Shown: one piece after another, positions 38,262-47,167 of the stretch
Layout: every line of letters begins with the position of its first letter
Position numbering within the stretch: the first letter of the stretch is position 1
Assembly: GCA_039815375.1 (NCBI GenBank)
Contig: JBCBZJ010000014.1
Span: 15,402-79,401, forward strand
DNA from: Verrucomicrobiota bacterium
GTDB lineage: Bacteria; Verrucomicrobiota; Verrucomicrobiia; Opitutales; Coraliomargaritaceae
Length of the DNA: 64,000 nucleotides
Reading direction: 5' to 3'
Program-made: the position numbers and the translations under genes
The notes under the pieces: model-generated
Databases searched by the model: none
Told to the model about the DNA's origin: nothing
Seen by the model: the letters and a program-made list of their open reading frames with translations, nothing else

Positions 38262-38316
38262 AACCTCTAAAAGGATGAGAAGATGGCGTTCAGCAATAAC
38301 GAATCTCGTAGCTCCA

Positions 38317-38354
38317 GAAAATGGGCCGACCTCGAAATTGATTCCGAGGCCGGC
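38317..38354 (-). terminator. Terminator-like hairpin upstream of the channel gene
   Basis: gccggcctcggaat-ca-atttcgaggtcggc pairs fully (with G-U) only on the minus strand; followed by ccattttc. Confidence 0.55.
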
Positions 38355-38500
38355 TTATCTTACTTACTACCTACCCTAGAGAGCAAATTTTGCCCTAAAG
38401 ACATAATAAATCCTTAATAAAGCATTTATTTTATCACCCAAATAGACATTTATCTAATAGATGTTTTTAATGTATTCGTTCGATTTAAACTATAATTAAA

Positions 38501-39448
38501 ATGAAGCATCTGCCATGGTTAAATTACCATCATCTCCAATACTTTCGTGCTATCGTGCGCGAAGGCGGGGTCACTAAAGCTGCTCAGAAGCTGAACCTTT
38601 CCCAGTCAACTTTGAGCGCGCAGCTTAAAGACCTGGAAGAATCTTTAGGCTCAAAATTATTTGAGCGTGAAGGCCGCAGCTTAGTTCTGACCGAGGCAGG
38701 CCAAGTCGCGCTGGACTACGCCGAAGATATTTTCCAAACCGGTGACGAGCTACGGGCCTGGTTTGCCGAAGTTCACCCGGAAGGCCGGCGCAGCGTTCGA
38801 ATCGGCGCCCTGAGCCCTCTTTCCAAGAACCTTCAATTCGAAATCATACGCCCGCTCGTCATGGCCGGTGAAACTCACGTCCAGGTTGTTGAGGGGGAGA
38901 TGCAGGACATGATGGAACGGCTGAAACACCATCAGATCGATCTGTTACTTTCCAACGTGCCACCAGGCGGTGCCGATGCCGAACATACCCATGCCCATGT
39001 ACTTGGAGAAATGCCGGTCTATCTCGTCGGCAGGCCACCTTTCAAAATACCGAAGAAGCCATTCCCAAAATGGCTTGATGACATTCCATTGTTTCTCCCC
39101 TCAGGACGATCAGCGGCGCGGGTTGAATTCGATGCAATGCTCGTTCGAGCTGGAGTCGCACCAAAGGTGCAGGCTGAAGTCGACGACATGGCGCTGCTAC
39201 GCCTGCTTGCCTTGACCGGAGCAGGATTAGCGCTCGTTCCAGAGATCGGCGTAAAGTTCGAGTTGGAGGAAAAACGCCTGCTTCGGATTGAAAAGATCAA
39301 AAACCTCAAAGAGCGATTCTATGCAATCACCGCTCGCCGTTCACGCCTTCCTCAACAAATCGTGGATATCATCGAATCAGGTAAAGAAGTGCTCGCAGCA
39401 GCTATCGAGCAGAGCCGTAAAAACCGCGCGCGCACACGAGGTAAATAG
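38501..39448 (+). CDS. LysR-family regulator, NhaR-like
   Basis: WLNYHHL.YF..I.REG.VT.AA..L..SQST.S.Q...LE; EVDDMALL; ERFYAIT..R. Confidence 0.9.
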   Translation: MKHLPWLNYHHLQYFRAIVREGGVTKAAQKLNLSQSTLSAQLKDLEESLGSKLFEREGRSLVLTEAGQVALDYAEDIFQTGDELRAWFAEVHPEGRRSVRIGALSPLSKNLQFEIIRPLVMAGETHVQVVEGEMQDMMERLKHHQIDLLLSNVPPGGADAEHTHAHVLGEMPVYLVGRPPFKIPKKPFPKWLDDIPLFLPSGRSAARVEFDAMLVRAGVAPKVQAEVDDMALLRLLALTGAGLALVPEIGVKFELEEKRLLRIEKIKNLKERFYAITARRSRLPQQIVDIIESGKEVLAAAIEQSRKNRARTRGK

Positions 39449-39516
39449 AATTATCCGAATAAGAGCAGCGTGCATTAACTTGTGCATGGCGCAGCAAAGT
39501 CACGAGATCTAGGCAG

Positions 39517-39548
39517 AAAAAGCCCGTTGGTGATCAAAACCAACGGGC
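39517..39548 (-). terminator. Rho-independent terminator after tRNA-Asp
   Basis: gcccgttggt-N7-accaacgggc followed by T5 on the minus strand. Confidence 0.8.
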
Positions 39549-39552
39549 AAAA

Positions 39553-39629
39553 TGGCGGGATAGACGGGACTTGAACCCGCGGCCTCCTGCGTGACAGGCA
39601 GGCGCTCTAACCAACTGAGCTACTACCCC
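39553..39629 (-). tRNA. tRNA-Asp(GTC)
   Basis: GGGGTAGTAGCTCAGTTGGTTAGAGCGCCTGCCTGTCACGCAGGAGGCCGCGGGTTCAAGTCCCGTCTATCCCGCCA: cloverleaf, GTC anticodon, encoded CCA. Confidence 0.97.
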
Positions 39630-39649
39630 AAAAATTGGGAAAGACGCAG

Positions 39650-39677
39650 ACAGTAGGTTTGGGCTAATTCGTGTCAA
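39650..39677 (-). promoter_or_regulatory. Sigma70-like promoter of tRNA-Asp
   Basis: TTGACA-N16-TACTGT about 20 nt upstream of the tRNA 5' end. Confidence 0.5.
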
Positions 39678-39711
39678 GCGGTGTTTTCCTCATTTTTGGA
39701 CAAGGTTCAAA

Positions 39712-40896
39712 CTAGTCCTCTGAGTCTTCCAGCATCCTTACTCGACGGTGCGGTTGTGGAAATTGAAGCGTGATTGCCGTGCCGACCGATTCGCGCGATT
39801 CAATTGTGATGTGACCACCGTGTTCACGCATAATTCGCTGAACAATCATCATGCCTAGGCCATGACCTGCCTTTTTCGTCGTGTAATAGGCCTGAAAAAC
39901 CTTTGAAAGTTCCTCCTCCGAAATACCTGAACCCGTATCAGCAAATTGGAGGTAGACAAAATCATCATCCTTGTGGGCCATTATGCTCAACTTGCCACCG
40001 GCTTGCATCGCCTCCATCGCGTTCTTGATCAGGTTAAAAAAAACCTGCTTGATTTGACCACGGTCGCCAAGCACAGCGGGGAACTCATCACTGACCTTGA
40101 CCTCGACATCGACCTCTAAGCGACGATCGCTGAGCTCTGCCTCCTGAACACGCAGAACCTCCTCCAGAAGCTCGACGAGTTGGAGTTCATTCAGCTCAGG
40201 CTTCTGAGGGCGTACAGCTTCAAGGAAATGGGTAATGATTCCGTCAAGTCGCTGGACCTCTCCCTGGCAAACTTCCAGTGATTCTGCAAGTGAGGCACCC
40301 TCTCTCTCAAGAGCCAGCTTCTTCAGCTTTCTCTCAATAAGCTGTAAATGGATCGTGAGCGAATTAAGCGGATTACCCAACTCGTGAGCAACCCCGGCAG
40401 CAAGCCGCACGATAGAAGAAGTGCGCTCGTTCTCCAGCTGCTCCTCCATCGAAACTTTTTCTTCCGTCAAATCCGAAATCACGATCACGTAGCCGCCGCT
40501 GCCATCATGCCCAACCTGCGCATCGATCGGCACCATATAGAGTCGAACAATGCGCCGTTCAGGGTAGTTCAACTCAAGCTCACGCGAGAGAACCGGAGCG
40601 GATTTTTTGCCCAAGGTAGCATCAGGATCGATCGACTTGGCCAGATCGGGCACCATCTTCCAAAGGCGCGTGACTCCAATATCGTTGGCCTTGAGGCCAA
40701 TCAAAAATAGGGCCGCATCATTGGCATATTGCACCACACCATCGGAATCGATCACCAGTATACCGTCCTGTATCGTATTAAAAACAGTCTCCTGCATCTT
40801 GCGCTCACGGGCGAGCCGCTGCACAAGAATGCCAAGATTGACCGAATCAAGATCTTCGATCCGCCCTAGAATCTTATCGAGACCGGTGTTCTTCAT
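39712..40896 (-). CDS. Cytoplasmic PAS sensor histidine kinase
   Basis: PAS domain, H-box [30 protein letters not shown]. Confidence 0.92.
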   Translation of the reverse strand: MKNTGLDKILGRIEDLDSVNLGILVQRLARERKMQETVFNTIQDGILVIDSDGVVQYANDAALFLIGLKANDIGVTRLWKMVPDLAKSIDPDATLGKKSAPVLSRELELNYPERRIVRLYMVPIDAQVGHDGSGGYVIVISDLTEEKVSMEEQLENERTSSIVRLAAGVAHELGNPLNSLTIHLQLIERKLKKLALEREGASLAESLEVCQGEVQRLDGIITHFLEAVRPQKPELNELQLVELLEEVLRVQEAELSDRRLEVDVEVKVSDEFPAVLGDRGQIKQVFFNLIKNAMEAMQAGGKLSIMAHKDDDFVYLQFADTGSGISEEELSKVFQAYYTTKKAGHGLGMMIVQRIMREHGGHITIESRESVGTAITLQFPQPHRRVRMLEDSED

Positions 40897-41543
40897 GCTT
40901 TGGCAGGTGCAATCCGGCTGATGAGCTCAATTGCAATCGCACTTTTGCTGGCGGGACCGATTTGTTTGAATGAGCCGTCGGCTCCGATCAGGAGCACCTC
41001 GTTTGTGTCGGCAGCAAATCCGGCCCCGGCTTGCCCAATCTCGTTGGCCACGATCCAATCGAGTCGCTTGCTTTCGAGTTTCTTTCGGGCGTAGGCTTCA
41101 ACGTCGTTCGTCTCTGCGGCGAAGCCAACCACGGTCTGGTGCATTTTGCGCCCAGTAACCGTTTTCAGGATGTCGATGGTTCGCTCGAACTCGACCGTGA
41201 GATTCGCCTCGGTTTTCTTTTCTTTCCGAGGCAACTGCTGACTGGGACGAAAGTCGCTTACAGCAGCAGTCATTATCAGCACATCACAGGCATCGAAGAG
41301 CGCATCGACTTGATGATACATCTCCTCAGCAGTCACCACCGGATAAAGGATCGCCCCATCCGGCTCCTCCAGAGCAACCGGTCCCGCAATCAAATCGACG
41401 GTCCAACCAGCATCGACTGCCGCTTCCGCCAAAGCAAAGCCCATCTTCCCCGTGGACGGATTACTGATAAAACGCACTGGATCGAGAAACTCGCGGGTCG
41501 GTCCAGCAGTGATAAGGCAGCGAATAGAGCTTGCATTCGACAT
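40893..41543 (-). CDS. coaB: Phosphopantothenate--cysteine ligase (stand-alone CoaB domain)
   Basis: [40 protein letters not shown]; no N-terminal flavoprotein (CoaC) domain; start moved to 41543. Confidence 0.88.
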   Translation of the reverse strand: MSNASSIRCLITAGPTREFLDPVRFISNPSTGKMGFALAEAAVDAGWTVDLIAGPVALEEPDGAILYPVVTAEEMYHQVDALFDACDVLIMTAAVSDFRPSQQLPRKEKKTEANLTVEFERTIDILKTVTGRKMHQTVVGFAAETNDVEAYARKKLESKRLDWIVANEIGQAGAGFAADTNEVLLIGADGSFKQIGPASKSAIAIELISRIAPAKA

Positions 41544-41568
41544 AAGCACTTGGACTTTAGGCGAACTC

Positions 41569-42333
41569 ATGTCTGAACAGCAACCCAGCAGCTCCAAAAA
41601 ATCAGCCTCGCCGAAAAAGGAGAATACCTTTCTCAATTTGGGATTTAACATCCTCCTGCCCATCGTCATCCTGAATAAGGGAAAGCAATGGTTCGGCAGC
41701 TATCTGGAACCCTATTTCGAGAACGTCGCCATCGGCGTCCTATTGATCGCCATCGCCTTTCCAGTCAGCTACTTCATCTACGACTACCTTAAGCGCTCGA
41801 AATACAACATTTTTTCCATTTTAGGCCTAACCAGTGTCCTCCTAACTGGTGGTATCGGTATCCTCAACATCCCGACCGAGTGGTTCGCCGTTAAAGAAGC
41901 GGCCATACCTTTTCTGCTTGGAGTCGCTGTCGTCGTTTCTCTAAAAACACCCTACCCCTTGATTCGCACGCTCCTCTACAATCCGGAAATTATCGACGTT
42001 CCTCGCGTGCAGTCGGCTCTCGAAGAACACAAGGCTGAGAAGGACTTCGATAAACTGCTGGTGCAGTGCACCTGGTTACTCGCAGCTTCCTTTCTGGTCA
42101 GTGCCGTGCTCAACTACGTCCTTGCCAGACAAATCGTCGTCAGCCCAAGCGGGACCGACGCATTCAATGCCGAAGTCAGCAAAATGATGGCCTGGAGCTG
42201 GGCGGTTATTGCAATCCCCAGCATAGCACTCATGATGTTTACACTCTTCAAGCTCGTCAGCGGAATCAAGAGAATGACTGGTCTTGAACTCGAGCAAGTA
42301 CTGCAGGGCTCAGAGGAGAGTAAAAAATCTTAG
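41569..42333 (+). CDS. VC0807-like inner membrane protein
   Basis: [53 protein letters not shown]; start moved to MSEQQ. Confidence 0.7.
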   Translation: MSEQQPSSSKKSASPKKENTFLNLGFNILLPIVILNKGKQWFGSYLEPYFENVAIGVLLIAIAFPVSYFIYDYLKRSKYNIFSILGLTSVLLTGGIGILNIPTEWFAVKEAAIPFLLGVAVVVSLKTPYPLIRTLLYNPEIIDVPRVQSALEEHKAEKDFDKLLVQCTWLLAASFLVSAVLNYVLARQIVVSPSGTDAFNAEVSKMMAWSWAVIAIPSIALMMFTLFKLVSGIKRMTGLELEQVLQGSEESKKS

Positions 42334-42437
42334 TCATCCTCCCGGCCTTGATCCTGATTTCAGCACAGAACGGTGCCAAGAGCTGAGGGATTAAGGATTC
42401 AACTAAGAAAAAGAACCAAGTCGAGGGCTTCCGGCTC

Positions 42438-43583
42438 TCAACGAATCTCCCATCGATAGTGCATCGAAGAAAGTTTCTCATAGCCACCGTCTATCACGCG
42501 AACAACGTCCTCAATACGGCAACCGCCAATGCCGGGATAGTAGAGACCAGGCTCGACCGTGATAACATGACCCGCCTTTAATTTACCCGCAGTTCTCGAA
42601 ACCCGCGGTGGCTCATGCACCTCAAGGCCGAGACCATGGCCTGTGGAATGGATAAACCCAACGAAACCCTTGTCCCGACGCTCGGTTTTATAGCCTCTGG
42701 TCTTAAAAAAATCCTCCGCCGCTCCATGCACATCACTGCCTTTGACTCCGGCACGAATCCCAGCCAGCGCAGCAACCTGTGCTTCTCGAACCGCACGAAC
42801 GAGTTGTCTTTGAGCAGGTGAAGCCCGCCCCTTGAGGAAGGTGCGCGTCATATCGCCATGGTAACCGGTCTTCTGCATGCGAGGGAAAACATCGATAATG
42901 ATGAGCTCATTCGGACGCAAGGGGCCGTGACCCGCTTCGTGAGGATCACAGGCCTGGCGACCACCTGCTACGATGGTGTGACTGGCCACCGCTCCTTTGG
43001 CCAAACAGACCTGATCGATAATCGTCCTTAGGCGCTCGGAGGTCAGCACGCGGCCATCGTACATCAAGCGATTCCCTTCAATAGTCGAACCTCGTAGAAC
43101 CGCCTCGGCCGCACGCAAACCTGCAGCTGATGCGGCATTTCCCTGTCTAATTGCACGTGCCTCAGCATCAGTTTTCCTGGCTCGCTTAGGAAAAAACAGG
43201 CCACTCCTTATCTTTAAATTATAGCCTGCCTCGTGCAGTATCGCGTAGTATGCCGCTGGAAAGTCCTCCGGCAACTCGATCTTTTTCACCGCGAAGCGCT
43301 GTGCGAAATAACACATCAGTTCCCCGGGGCCGACATCACCTTCTGCGATACCGAGGACCGCTGCCGCTTTGGACTGAATCGACTCCAGTAGCATCACTTC
43401 GTCGTAATTCGATTTTGCCTGCACCCTGCTGTATTCAAGGCGGCTGACCACCGCGTAGGTCTTCTTCTCGGTGATGATCGAGAGAAAGGCGTCAGGCACA
43501 AAAACCCCGGCTAGATACAGTACATCGGCAGATCGCTCAGATGCGGCATAAAGAAAGCGGATGGTGGAGGATTTACTTTTCAT
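42438..43583 (-). CDS. Xaa-Pro peptidase (M24 family)
   Basis: IIIDVFP, YHGDMTRT, HSTGHGLGLEVHEPP, TVEPGLY, GCRIED; start moved to 43583. Confidence 0.92.
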   Translation of the reverse strand: MKSKSSTIRFLYAASERSADVLYLAGVFVPDAFLSIITEKKTYAVVSRLEYSRVQAKSNYDEVMLLESIQSKAAAVLGIAEGDVGPGELMCYFAQRFAVKKIELPEDFPAAYYAILHEAGYNLKIRSGLFFPKRARKTDAEARAIRQGNAASAAGLRAAEAVLRGSTIEGNRLMYDGRVLTSERLRTIIDQVCLAKGAVASHTIVAGGRQACDPHEAGHGPLRPNELIIIDVFPRMQKTGYHGDMTRTFLKGRASPAQRQLVRAVREAQVAALAGIRAGVKGSDVHGAAEDFFKTRGYKTERRDKGFVGFIHSTGHGLGLEVHEPPRVSRTAGKLKAGHVITVEPGLYYPGIGGCRIEDVVRVIDGGYEKLSSMHYRWEIR

Positions 43584-43616
43584 CGCAATGCATTGGAGTA
43601 TGAATGTTACAAAAAC

Positions 43617-44171
43617 ATGTTTTTCTGTCACGCATCAAACCGCCTCGTCCACCAATCGAGGCTACCCTTAACATTCTTTTCGCTTTGCCTCGCGCTCACT
43701 CTCCTTGGCTGCAAAGCCGATCAAAGTGAGCCAACTGAGCCATCGCCTGCTGAAACATATTTTCCGATCCAGATCGGGGATGTAACGCTGCAACTTCAAC
43801 TGGCTCTTACCCAGCCCGAGCAACAAAAGGGATTGATGTTTCGGGATGAGCTCGCCACCGGCCACGGCATGCTTTTTCTTTTCGAAAAACCCGAGAAACG
43901 TGGCTTTTGGATGAAGAATACACGCATCCCGCTCGACATCGGCTATTTCGATTCGAGCGGGCAGCTCCTCGAAGTTTACCCCCTCTATCCCTACGATGAG
44001 ACTTCGGTGCCTTCGCGCTCAGATCAGATATTGATCGCAGTGGAAACAAATCGTGGTTGGTATAAGGCAAATGGCGTCGCACCCGAGGCTTTCATCGACA
44101 TGGATGCCGTCAAGAAAGCTGTAATCGAGCGCGGCTTTAAGGTAACAAGCTTCGCAATTGAAGAAAGATGA
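43617..44171 (+). CDS. DUF192 lipoprotein
   Basis: LLGC lipobox; GLMFR..L....GMLFLF, FWMKNT.IPLDIGYFD. Confidence 0.88.
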   Translation: MFFCHASNRLVHQSRLPLTFFSLCLALTLLGCKADQSEPTEPSPAETYFPIQIGDVTLQLQLALTQPEQQKGLMFRDELATGHGMLFLFEKPEKRGFWMKNTRIPLDIGYFDSSGQLLEVYPLYPYDETSVPSRSDQILIAVETNRGWYKANGVAPEAFIDMDAVKKAVIERGFKVTSFAIEER

Positions 44172-45775
44172 GAGAATCCGGACACAAACAGCCCGAGAAG
44201 CATTCGCCACGCGTTGGCAATCTCATCATACCGCCGACGATGGAGTCGATGCCGGTAAAGAAACGCTCGAAGGCAAAGCCCTACAGGAAAACAGGAATCA
44301 AAGGCTATCTGACCATCATTTTGCTTGGAGTCTTGGCCTTCGCGCCGATCTTCATGTCCGAACTCCTGTGGACTGAATATGACTCTGTCGAAAGAAGTGT
44401 TTACCAATCGATGGAAGATTGGACCGACGCATGGACGCTCGAGAATATTCGATACGAGGACCCAATTACTATCAGCTCATTCTTTGCTGAGAACGTTTTG
44501 CCCATTCCCGCTGCTCAAGTTCATCGAGCAATCAATCTACTCTTGCACCTGACCGCCGCTTTCTTGCTCCTGAAAATACTGGAAGCCCTGGAACTGGCGG
44601 GTGCTCTCGCTGCAAGCCTGGTCTTCACACTACATCCTGTTGTTTTGCAGACACTCTTCTGGCCAGGCTATCGCAACGAACTGGTCGGCCTGATCCTGAT
44701 TTTTCTCAGCGTGTATTTTGGCATCAAGAACCGGAACGCCACAGATTTTGTCGCCATGTTACTCATCTCGGCACTCGCGGCAATGGTTCATAGTGCAGCA
44801 CTCACCATACCTCTGATTATTTTCTTCTGCATCCTGTATCGGAAAGACAACTTTCGCCTGGAGGACTACAACAGACTACTGCCGGTGTTTTGCCTGCTGG
44901 TTCTGATCGGGGTTTGGACCCACGCCGAGGTCAAAGCTGAAGAGCTAGAAGAAGGCGTCACTTTTCCAATTCTAGTGGGTGGAAATCTATATCATTACAT
45001 AAGGCAGTCTCTTGTTCCGCTCCAGCTCGCGCTCTTTCATCCGTTCAGAGGCGGCATCGGGTTCAGCGTCGGCGCGACCAACAGCCTTCTCCCGGTTTTA
45101 CTCTTCGTGCCTTTTTATATTCTAATCGCAGTGAACTACCGTCAGCGCTGGGCACGCGGACTACTCCTGGGACTCAGCTCTTTTCTTCTCCTCCTGATCT
45201 ACGGACTAACGCAAACGGGTCGCTTCATCGACGGAACCATGGCAAAGGAAGACCATGCAGCGTATATCGCGTTGCCGGCAATTATCGCGTTAGTGATCTG
45301 CGGTCTATCTTCATTTTTCAAGCGCTTCGGATCCTCGGGCAAACGGATTGGGACAATCGCTATCAGCCTCTTTCTAATGATCCAGATAAGTGTCACCGCG
45401 GGATTCTCCTACGCGGTCAGCGATACCCAAACCCTCTGGAAGAACATCTCCGAACAGTGGCCGGATTCATGGGTTCCGAAAGTCGCTTTTCTCCAAACTG
45501 CACAGAGTAACGAGGATACAGGCCTTAATGAACGGAATCTCATTCGTTTGCTGGAGAGCATACTCGAGCAAAGCCCCGACCTTCATCGCGAACGCATTCT
45601 GTTAGCCCGGAGCTATCTCAAATTAGGTCAAAGCCGTAATGCACTCCGCGAGTATCGGCGTGTTTTGCGTGACACCGATCCGAGTAACGAATTCCTTGAA
45701 GAAGCGGCTCAGGTGCTCGATAACCAAGGACTGCAATGGGAAGCAACCAACGCTCGAGAACGCATCAAACTCTAA
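44168..45775 (+). CDS. Multi-pass membrane protein with C-terminal TPR (TMTC/GT-C-like)
   Basis: NLLLH...A, F.LHPV motifs, many TM helices, TPR-like C-terminus. Confidence 0.6.
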   Translation: MRESGHKQPEKHSPRVGNLIIPPTMESMPVKKRSKAKPYRKTGIKGYLTIILLGVLAFAPIFMSELLWTEYDSVERSVYQSMEDWTDAWTLENIRYEDPITISSFFAENVLPIPAAQVHRAINLLLHLTAAFLLLKILEALELAGALAASLVFTLHPVVLQTLFWPGYRNELVGLILIFLSVYFGIKNRNATDFVAMLLISALAAMVHSAALTIPLIIFFCILYRKDNFRLEDYNRLLPVFCLLVLIGVWTHAEVKAEELEEGVTFPILVGGNLYHYIRQSLVPLQLALFHPFRGGIGFSVGATNSLLPVLLFVPFYILIAVNYRQRWARGLLLGLSSFLLLLIYGLTQTGRFIDGTMAKEDHAAYIALPAIIALVICGLSSFFKRFGSSGKRIGTIAISLFLMIQISVTAGFSYAVSDTQTLWKNISEQWPDSWVPKVAFLQTAQSNEDTGLNERNLIRLLESILEQSPDLHRERILLARSYLKLGQSRNALREYRRVLRDTDPSNEFLEEAAQVLDNQGLQWEATNARERIKL

Positions 45776-45812
45776 CTGTCGAATCCATAGAATTTTTAAA
45801 CTACACCCAGAT

Positions 45813-47123
45813 ATGAGCACAACAAAAACACCCGGCCTTGGGACCAAGGCGCTTCATGCAGGACAATCTCCTGACCCAGCCACCGGCTCTCGCGGAGTCC
45901 CCATTTACCAGACCACGAGCTACGTCTTCAATGACACAGCACATGCTGCACGCCTCTTCGGTCTCGAAGAACTGGGCAATATCTACACGCGCATCATGAA
46001 TCCCACCACAGATGTGCTCGAGCAACGCATCGCTGCCCTTGAAGGAGGTGTCGGTGGACTCGCCCACGCAAGCGGACAGGCGGCCATTACCAGCGCGATT
46101 CTCAATATCGCGCGGGCCGGAGAGAATATCGTTTCTGCATCTCAACTCTACGGAGGCACCTATACGCTCTTTAAATACACCCTGCCAAAGCTGGGCATCG
46201 AGGTCCGTTTTGCTGACGCGGAAAATCCCGAGACCTTTGAGCCGCTCATCGACGACAAAACCCGCGCCGTCTATGGAGACACTGTGGGCAACCCGAAGAT
46301 GAACGTCTTCCCCTTCGAAGAAGTTTCCGCGGTCTGCAAGCAACATAAGCTACCCCTCATTATTGACAGCACAGTCGCCACCCCGGCCTGCTGCCGTCCG
46401 CTCGAGCACGGTGCCAATATCGTGATCCACAGCCTGACAAAGTTTCTCGGTGGCCACGGCACCAGTATCGGCGGCATCGTCGTCGACGGCGGCAATTTCG
46501 ATTGGGGCAGCGGCCGCTTCGAAGAGTTCACAACTCCCGACCCTAGCTATCACGGCCTCGTGCACTGGGATGCCTTTCAGGCCTTTCCACCAGCTGGCGG
46601 TGCCAACATTGCCTATATCATGAAGATGCGCCTCCAGTGGCTGCGCGACGTGGGCAACTGTATTGCCCCATTTAACGCGCATCAAATCCTGCAGGGAGTA
46701 GAAACACTACACCTTCGTATGGAACGTCACTGCTCCAACGCGCTAAAGATCGCCGAGCATCTCTCGAATCACGAAGCCGTGAGCTGGGTCAACTATCCAG
46801 GCCTGGCAGACAATGCGCACCACGCCGCAGCGGAGAAATATTTCGACCCGGAGATGAAGGGTGCACTGGTTGGCTTCGGCCTCAAAGGCGGCCTTGAAGC
46901 AGGCAGTAAGTTCATCGACAACCTGCAACTCTTCAGCCATCTCGCCAATATCGGCGATGCGAAATCACTAGCCATCCATCCGGCCACCACAACTCACTCA
47001 CAGCTCGATGAAGCCGAACAGGCATCCACTGGTGTGACGCCTGACTTCGTCCGGCTTTCGGTCGGTATCGAAAACATCGAGGATCTGATCGCAGACCTCG
47101 ATCAAGCTCTTGCGGTAAACTGA
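45813..47123 (+). CDS. metY: O-acetylhomoserine aminocarboxypropyltransferase (sulfhydrylase)
   Basis: [54 protein letters not shown]; start at MSTTK (45813). Confidence 0.93.
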   Translation: MSTTKTPGLGTKALHAGQSPDPATGSRGVPIYQTTSYVFNDTAHAARLFGLEELGNIYTRIMNPTTDVLEQRIAALEGGVGGLAHASGQAAITSAILNIARAGENIVSASQLYGGTYTLFKYTLPKLGIEVRFADAENPETFEPLIDDKTRAVYGDTVGNPKMNVFPFEEVSAVCKQHKLPLIIDSTVATPACCRPLEHGANIVIHSLTKFLGGHGTSIGGIVVDGGNFDWGSGRFEEFTTPDPSYHGLVHWDAFQAFPPAGGANIAYIMKMRLQWLRDVGNCIAPFNAHQILQGVETLHLRMERHCSNALKIAEHLSNHEAVSWVNYPGLADNAHHAAAEKYFDPEMKGALVGFGLKGGLEAGSKFIDNLQLFSHLANIGDAKSLAIHPATTTHSQLDEAEQASTGVTPDFVRLSVGIENIEDLIADLDQALAVN

Positions 47124-47167
47124 TCGCTCAAGTTAGGGCGCGCTTGCCAGGCTCGCCGACAAGATAA

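Noticed and set aside
36007..39629. Integrative element at the tRNA-Asp 3' end
   Set aside because: No integrase and no duplicated tRNA 3' segment seen in the window.
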